Shown piece after piece: positions 16,056 to 16,103 of a DNA stretch of 16,103 nucleotides. Position numbers and translations under genes: made by a program. The notes beneath the pieces were generated by a model. It saw nothing but the letters and a program-made list of their open reading frames with translations. It was not told the origin of the DNA and did no database searches. The first letter of the stretch is position 1. Each line of letters starts with the position of its first letter. This DNA comes from Candidatus Zixiibacteriota bacterium (GTDB taxonomy: Bacteria; Zixibacteria; MSB-5A5; GN15; FEB-12), in the NCBI GenBank assembly GCA_041742355.1, contig JBGSIV010000039.1, forward strand, positions 1 to 16,103. The letters run 5' to 3'.

Positions 16056-16103
16056 GAAAGGGGAGTACCTATTGCCGCAGGCGTCCGGCGCCGCGACCGG
16101 CCA
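16056..16103 (+). other. Either the 5' end of a yybP-ykoY (Mn2+) riboswitch or an RBS plus TTG start of the next gene (truncated by window edge)
   Basis: AAAGGGGAGTA matches the yybP-ykoY 5' signature, but also reads as a Shine-Dalgarno 6 nt before TTG 16072 with an open frame to the edge. Confidence 0.3.

Overview
GC-rich bacterial window, probably from a Zixibacteria/KSB1/Calditrichota-like lineage (inferred from the 'QNYPNPFN...KK/RKxLLLK' C-terminal sorting domains). It contains: (1) the 3' end of a chemoreceptor (MCP) gene; (2) a sigma70-type promoter, a ~260-nt structured leader and an intrinsic terminator directly before an anticodon-domain-less AsnRS/AspRS-like gene; (3) a ~1550-aa secreted beta-helix protein with a candidate Cys-His-Asp triad and a sorting domain; (4) a small exported Ig/DUF11-like protein ending in an orphan FN3-start motif; (5) a start-less fragment of an AspT/YidE transporter gene; (6) a TerC/Alx membrane protein; (7) two tandem paralogous lipoproteins with an apparently circularly permuted DNRLRE-like domain, SdrD-B repeats and an unnamed C-terminal domain; (8) a divergent 5xFN3 secreted protein behind a sigma54-like promoter. 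No mobile element, CRISPR array, rRNA or tRNA was seen. The best leads are the unidentified leader RNA, the permuted domain, and a possible split-FN3 docking tag. All family calls come from motif recognition by eye, not from database searches.
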